DNA from: Vicinamibacteria bacterium
GTDB lineage: Bacteria > Acidobacteriota > Vicinamibacteria > Vicinamibacterales > CAVVIG01
DNA length: 52,686 bases
Reading direction: 5' to 3'
Assembly: GCA_041484265.1 (NCBI GenBank)
Contig: JBGPHH010000002.1
Span: 1 to 52,686 of the forward strand
Shown: piece by piece, positions 52,287 through 52,686 of the stretch
Layout of the letters: each line of letters opens with the position of its first letter
How positions within the stretch are numbered: position 1 is the stretch's first letter
Translations under genes and position numbers: made by a program
The notes under the pieces: generated by a model
Databases searched by the model: none
What the model was told of the DNA's origin: nothing
What the model saw: only the letters and a program-made list of their open reading frames with translations

Positions 52287-52686
52287 ATGCCCTTGACGCC
52301 GGGCAGTCGCGTCGGTCCGTACGAAATCCTCTCCCTGTTGGGTCAAGGCGGGATGGGCGAAGTGTATCGCGCCCGTGACACCAAGCTCAGCCGCGATGTC
52401 GCTATCAAGTTGCTGCCTAATGAACTTGCGGATATTCCCGCGAGACGCCGCTTTCAACGAGAAGCCCAAATGGCTTCTTCGCTCAACCATCCGCACATCG
52501 TGACGGTGCACGACGCCGGCGAATTCGAGGGCCGTCAGTACTTGGTGACCGAGTTCATTGATGGTGGCACGCTGCGTGGGTGGGTGCCTGAAGCCAAGCA
52601 CTCGTGGCACGAAACGCTCGACCTGCTGACGGGCGTGGCCGATGGACTCGCGGCGGCGCACCAGGCCGGAATTCTGCATCGCGACA
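52287..52686 (+). CDS. Ser/Thr protein kinase, N-terminal part (runs off the window)
   Basis: Absent from the ORF track because it has no stop codon. Manual translation gives MPLTPGSRVGPYEILSLLGQGGMGEVYRARDTKLSRDVAIKLL...LNHPHIVTVHD...AAAHQAGILHRD, paralogous to 43701-46304. Confidence 0.85.
   Translation, partial: MPLTPGSRVGPYEILSLLGQGGMGEVYRARDTKLSRDVAIKLLPNELADIPARRRFQREAQMASSLNHPHIVTVHDAGEFEGRQYLVTEFIDGGTLRGWVPEAKHSWHETLDLLTGVADGLAAAHQAGILHRD

Noticed and set aside
51990-52679. 229-aa minus-strand ORF at the window end
   Set aside because: It is antisense to a clear Ser/Thr kinase N-terminal domain on the plus strand. That kinase gene is absent from the track only because it is truncated by the window edge.

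Overview
High-GC bacterial chromosomal window, probably Acidobacteriota. That assignment is inferred only from gene content: TolB-like Ser/Thr kinases, four-helix-bundle genes, prepilin-type proteins and many secreted beta-propeller proteins. I saw no rRNA, tRNA, CRISPR array, transposase or integrase. Coding density is high, and many neighbouring genes share 4-nt ATGA/GTGA stop-start overlaps. Most long ORFs in the supplied track that lie opposite a recognisable gene are antisense shadows typical of high-GC DNA, and I rejected them.

Gene content from left to right:
- A polyamine/arginine unit: hss paralog, argA, hss.
- A TlpA-like thiol:disulfide oxidoreductase lipoprotein.
- A three-gene secreted-hydrolase operon. 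A lipase-like esterase and an S8 subtilase each carry the same unusual Cys/His-decorated FG-GAP/VCBS propeller module.
- Three tandem HlyD/MacA-type adaptors plus a MacB-type permease, with no ATPase gene.
- A long minus-strand cluster: prepilin-type protein, ABC-2 exporter, SBP-like lipoprotein, histidine kinase, sigma54 regulator, NnrS.
- trxC, a ferredoxin, and the leucine-catabolism genes liuB, liuC and liuE.
- A four-helix-bundle gene flanked by inverted heptamer arrays.
- An operon of a DUF255-type thioredoxin protein, two tandem receiver genes, tatC and a TPR membrane protein.
- Two paralogous MdtB/C-like RND pumps flanking a Ser/Thr kinase.
- A decayed solute-binding pseudogene, a STAS/pseudo-receiver fusion, and a tandem SnoaL-like protein.

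The most unusual items are the shared propeller module on two different hydrolases, the ghost 3' end of a TlpA paralog bracketing that region, the orphan duplicated RND pumps with a homogenised transmembrane core, the triple-adaptor MacB unit lacking an ATPase, and the family of 7-8 nt tandem arrays in intergenic spacers.

All functional calls rest on by-eye motif recognition and recalled family knowledge. No database search was possible.
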